64,000 nt of DNA from contig CAVYHV010000014.1 in assembly GCA_963768425.1 (NCBI GenBank), positions 256,001 through 320,000 on the forward strand, read 5' to 3'. Within the stretch, counting starts at the first letter, position 1, and each line of letters opens with the position of its first letter. Position numbers and translations under genes: made by a program. The stretch is from Candidatus Bathyarchaeota archaeon. GTDB taxonomy: Archaea > Thermoproteota > Bathyarchaeia > Bathyarchaeales > Bathycorpusculaceae. A model generated the notes under the pieces. That model was not told the DNA's origin. It was given only the letters and a program-made list of their open reading frames with translations, and did no database searches. Shown piece after piece: positions 61,326 through 64,000 of the stretch.

Positions 61326-61978
61326 TGAAGGACAACTTTGACTCTTTGCGCGTCACCGCCTATTTCCTATTGGCTTTCCTGGCAATTGTCGGAGTTGCAG
61401 TTTGGCTTCTAAACCTGATAACTCAATGGAGAGTCTTCGGTTTCTTGATGAGCGCAGAATTCACCGCATTCGCAATGCTCGTCTACCTTTTCTATATGGA
61501 AGACCCGGTTGCAGCCAAGAAAATATTAACCTCCGGGTTCGTTGCCCTAGGAATCCTAATTATTTTGGCAGGCGCCGTTTTAGCTGGTGCTGGGACACCG
61601 GTGACGCTGCCTAAGCCCAATGTTTCAGTCACTCTTTACGCTGGCGAGGTTTCCTCCAACTTGTTCGGATTCGGAAACAGCGCAACTTCCATAACTTCGC
61701 CTGGTCCAACCTTAACGTTCACGGTGGGCGACGTCGTAAACATGACTGTTTTCAACGCGGGAACAATGCCTCATAACTGGGCGCTAGTCGCCTCAAACGA
61801 TACTTCAGGCAAAGTTCTTTTCGGCGCACAAATCGACAGCGGCCAAGTTCCCATACCCGTCAACGAATCAGCATCGGTTGTTTTCAGAGTCACAAAAGCT
61901 GGGAATTACTACTACATTTGTCAGGTTGCGGGTCACGTACAGTTAGGTATGTGGGGCAGTGTGATAGCGAATCCGTGA
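61322..61978 (+). CDS. Membrane-anchored cupredoxin (type-1 Cu)
   Basis: Three TM helices; HNW and YICQVAGHVQLGM. Confidence 0.88.
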   Translation: MMKDNFDSLRVTAYFLLAFLAIVGVAVWLLNLITQWRVFGFLMSAEFTAFAMLVYLFYMEDPVAAKKILTSGFVALGILIILAGAVLAGAGTPVTLPKPNVSVTLYAGEVSSNLFGFGNSATSITSPGPTLTFTVGDVVNMTVFNAGTMPHNWALVASNDTSGKVLFGAQIDSGQVPIPVNESASVVFRVTKAGNYYYICQVAGHVQLGMWGSVIANP

Positions 61979-62778
61979 CACAAAAAACCGCTGAAAAACT
62001 TTATGCTTCATGCCTCTTTTTCCTCGCAAGTTTACTTACGGGCCTGGTAAGCTTGGTCGCGTTAGGTTTTGTGTTTGCAAAGCAAAAAACCGAAAAGACA
62101 CATGAACCTAAAAAAGCAAAGGGTTTCCTTGCAGATGAGCATAAAGCACTGAATTTTTACAGAGTATTCTCTGTTGCCTACGACACTTTGAACCCGTACT
62201 TGTACACCGACGCCATGCGCAGCGAGATGGTAAATCAAATCCCAAACGGCGCAAACCTGCGGGTGCTCGACGTTGGATGCGGAACAGGCTACACCACATC
62301 AGGAGTTTTGAAGCGAGGAGACGTTTCAGAAATGGTTGCGTTGGACATGAACCCTGTGCAGCTCAAAAGAGCCGTCAAAAATCTGCGCCCGGAAAAGGTC
62401 AGGACTTTTATTTCAAGAGGCGACGCGGACAACTTGCCGTTTGCAGACTACTCTTTTGATGCGGTGATTTCTGTTGGAGCTATCGAGTATTTTCCTGATC
62501 CTGAGAAAACAATTATGGAGTTTGCAAGAGTCATAAAATCCAGCGGAACCGTTATTGTTGGCGGACCTGAATTGGGTTGGTTCAGCAAGCTGGCTTTAAA
62601 CAGGGTTTTTTACACGCCTTCCGTCCGAGAAATGGAGACTTTTTTTCGCAAAGCAGATCTTGTCAGGGTGAAATCCAGCCTTACAGGTATGAAAACTTTT
62701 TTCGGAACAAGCAAGTATGTTGTTTTTGCCGTTGGAAAGAAGCCGAGTCGACTGAGGATTAACGGGAAGACTAGGTAG
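61918..62778 (+). CDS. UbiE/MenG-like methyltransferase (start uncertain)
   Basis: YD.LN, LDVGCGTG, GDA..LPF.D.SFD; next to menA-like gene. Confidence 0.8.
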   Translation: MSGCGSRTVRYVGQCDSESVTQKTAEKLYASCLFFLASLLTGLVSLVALGFVFAKQKTEKTHEPKKAKGFLADEHKALNFYRVFSVAYDTLNPYLYTDAMRSEMVNQIPNGANLRVLDVGCGTGYTTSGVLKRGDVSEMVALDMNPVQLKRAVKNLRPEKVRTFISRGDADNLPFADYSFDAVISVGAIEYFPDPEKTIMEFARVIKSSGTVIVGGPELGWFSKLALNRVFYTPSVREMETFFRKADLVRVKSSLTGMKTFFGTSKYVVFAVGKKPSRLRINGKTR

Positions 62779-62781
62779 GGT

Positions 62782-63813
62782 TTAAGGTTTTTTTCTTGAA
62801 CTAAGCAAAGCCCAAGCCACAGGAGCATATGCAATGGCCAGCATTGCCAAGATGAAGACGAGTTGAAACGGGTTAGCTTTGTTCAATGTGCCCGCGACTG
62901 AGTAACCCGCGATTAAACCGAAGGCGGTCACGCTGTGAGCCACTATCATGTCAAGGTTGGCTGGTGCCATCAATCTCGGATTGTCATTATGTATCCTAAC
63001 GACCCTAATGGAGTGGATTACGAGAGGCAGGGAAAGCAAAGCGACTAGAGTGTAGAGCGGTATGAAGCCGAGCAAGGCAGAAGCGACGATTATCGAGTAT
63101 GTGCATATCCAGCTTGCTATGTACAGTTTGATCCCTGCCTGTTTGCCGTACCTTGCGACAAGCGTGAGTTTCCCAGCAGCTGTGTCCTCCTTTATGTCAG
63201 GAATCTCATTAATCACAATCATTGAAAACAGCATAACTCCTAAAGGCAACGTCGCCAAAAAAGCCTGCAACGTTATGGTTTGCGCTTGAACATAAAAGGC
63301 GCCTAAACCGATGATTGAGCCGAAATTCACCAGCATTGCAAGCTCGCCTAGCCCGTGGTGGCCAAAGCTTATCGGCGGAGCGGTATAGAAAACAGCACAA
63401 AACACACCGAATATTCCAAATGCCAAGATAGGCAAGCCTCGTGTTAAGGTGAGGTAGAAGCCGACAATCAAAGTGACGAGGTAGCACAGGGTGAATGCCT
63501 TAAACATGCTCCTAGGCGTCAAGAGTCCGCTGCTAAGAGTAGCGCTGCCGCCTGAATACGGGTTCTTCTCACCTGGTGCAAGCTTGTCCACACTGTGTTT
63601 ATAGTCGAAATAATCGTCGGTCATGTTTAAACCGATGTGATTAATAATTATGGCGACGAGAACAAGAAGGAAATACAGTGGAGTAAAACCGCTGTTAGTA
63701 GCCCAACTGACTAAGCCGCCCAAAACGGCGGGGAAGATACTGGGAGGCACAAAGTGGTAACGGAACGCTCGCCACCACACTTTCGCTTTACTGATTTGAT
63801 CTGTGCTTGACAT
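62782..63813 (-). CDS. MenA/UbiA-family prenyltransferase
   Basis: NMTDDYFD, YTAPP, GLGE, NEIPD..ED...GK.TL. Confidence 0.88.
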   Translation of the reverse strand: MSSTDQISKAKVWWRAFRYHFVPPSIFPAVLGGLVSWATNSGFTPLYFLLVLVAIIINHIGLNMTDDYFDYKHSVDKLAPGEKNPYSGGSATLSSGLLTPRSMFKAFTLCYLVTLIVGFYLTLTRGLPILAFGIFGVFCAVFYTAPPISFGHHGLGELAMLVNFGSIIGLGAFYVQAQTITLQAFLATLPLGVMLFSMIVINEIPDIKEDTAAGKLTLVARYGKQAGIKLYIASWICTYSIIVASALLGFIPLYTLVALLSLPLVIHSIRVVRIHNDNPRLMAPANLDMIVAHSVTAFGLIAGYSVAGTLNKANPFQLVFILAMLAIAYAPVAWALLSSRKKP

Positions 63814-64000
63814 CCTTGTACAATCCTAAAGAAATATTTACATTAAGTAAATAGATAAACCTAAATTCAAGGGCTTAGCAGAAGCAGGCGCCAAAACGTC
63901 TGCATCCCGACATCTAAATAATCAAATTCGGCAAATTAAAACCTACCTAAACTGAAGGCGACATGGTTTAATGAATTTTCTTCGCCCTTCAGCCATTTAG

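Noticed and set aside
2108-63487. Numerous short antisense or overlapping ORFs in the track (e.g. 2536-2859, 5307-5840, 21612-22118, 52236-52733, 57409-57870)
   Set aside because: Shadow ORFs of well-supported genes, with no motifs.

Overview
Archaeal genomic window, most likely Bathyarchaeia (TACK); this is inferred from the 16S fragment and gene content, not from a database match. Four parts. (1) Core genes at 1-4.4 kb: 5' part of 16S rRNA, an RsmC-like methyltransferase, cbf5, rpl14e and tRNA-Leu(TAA) with a D-arm BHB intron. (2) A ~25 kb integrative element (4331-29609) inserted at the tRNA 3' end. It carries a Zn-ribbon tyrosine integrase, a degenerate second recombinase, NDT/TIR-like and HEPN defence candidates, a ParB + ABC-ATPase/GNAT module cut by an IS1182, and two tandem [Lrp, Lrp, large secreted beta-propeller] modules bounded by a repeated ~17-bp site. 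(3) A ~14 kb distal island (29.6-43.6 kb) with tRNA-3'-end copies, two integrase relics and four copies of a ~30-bp site ending at GTTCAA, which suggests serial accretion of gene blocks at one tRNA. It ends in long hairpins and a 10-bp-period array. (4) Ribosomal genes, then a respiration/TCA-like cluster: polyprenyl synthase, FAD-linked oxidase, citrate synthase, sdhAB, FMN hydroxy-acid dehydrogenase, rubredoxin, ComA-like, PrpD, sucCD, cyt b5-Rieske fusion, cytochrome b, cupredoxin, MenG-like and MenA-like. Many single-base frameshifts suggest indel errors in the assembly, so pseudogene and recoding calls are tentative. All product calls come from motif recognition by eye.
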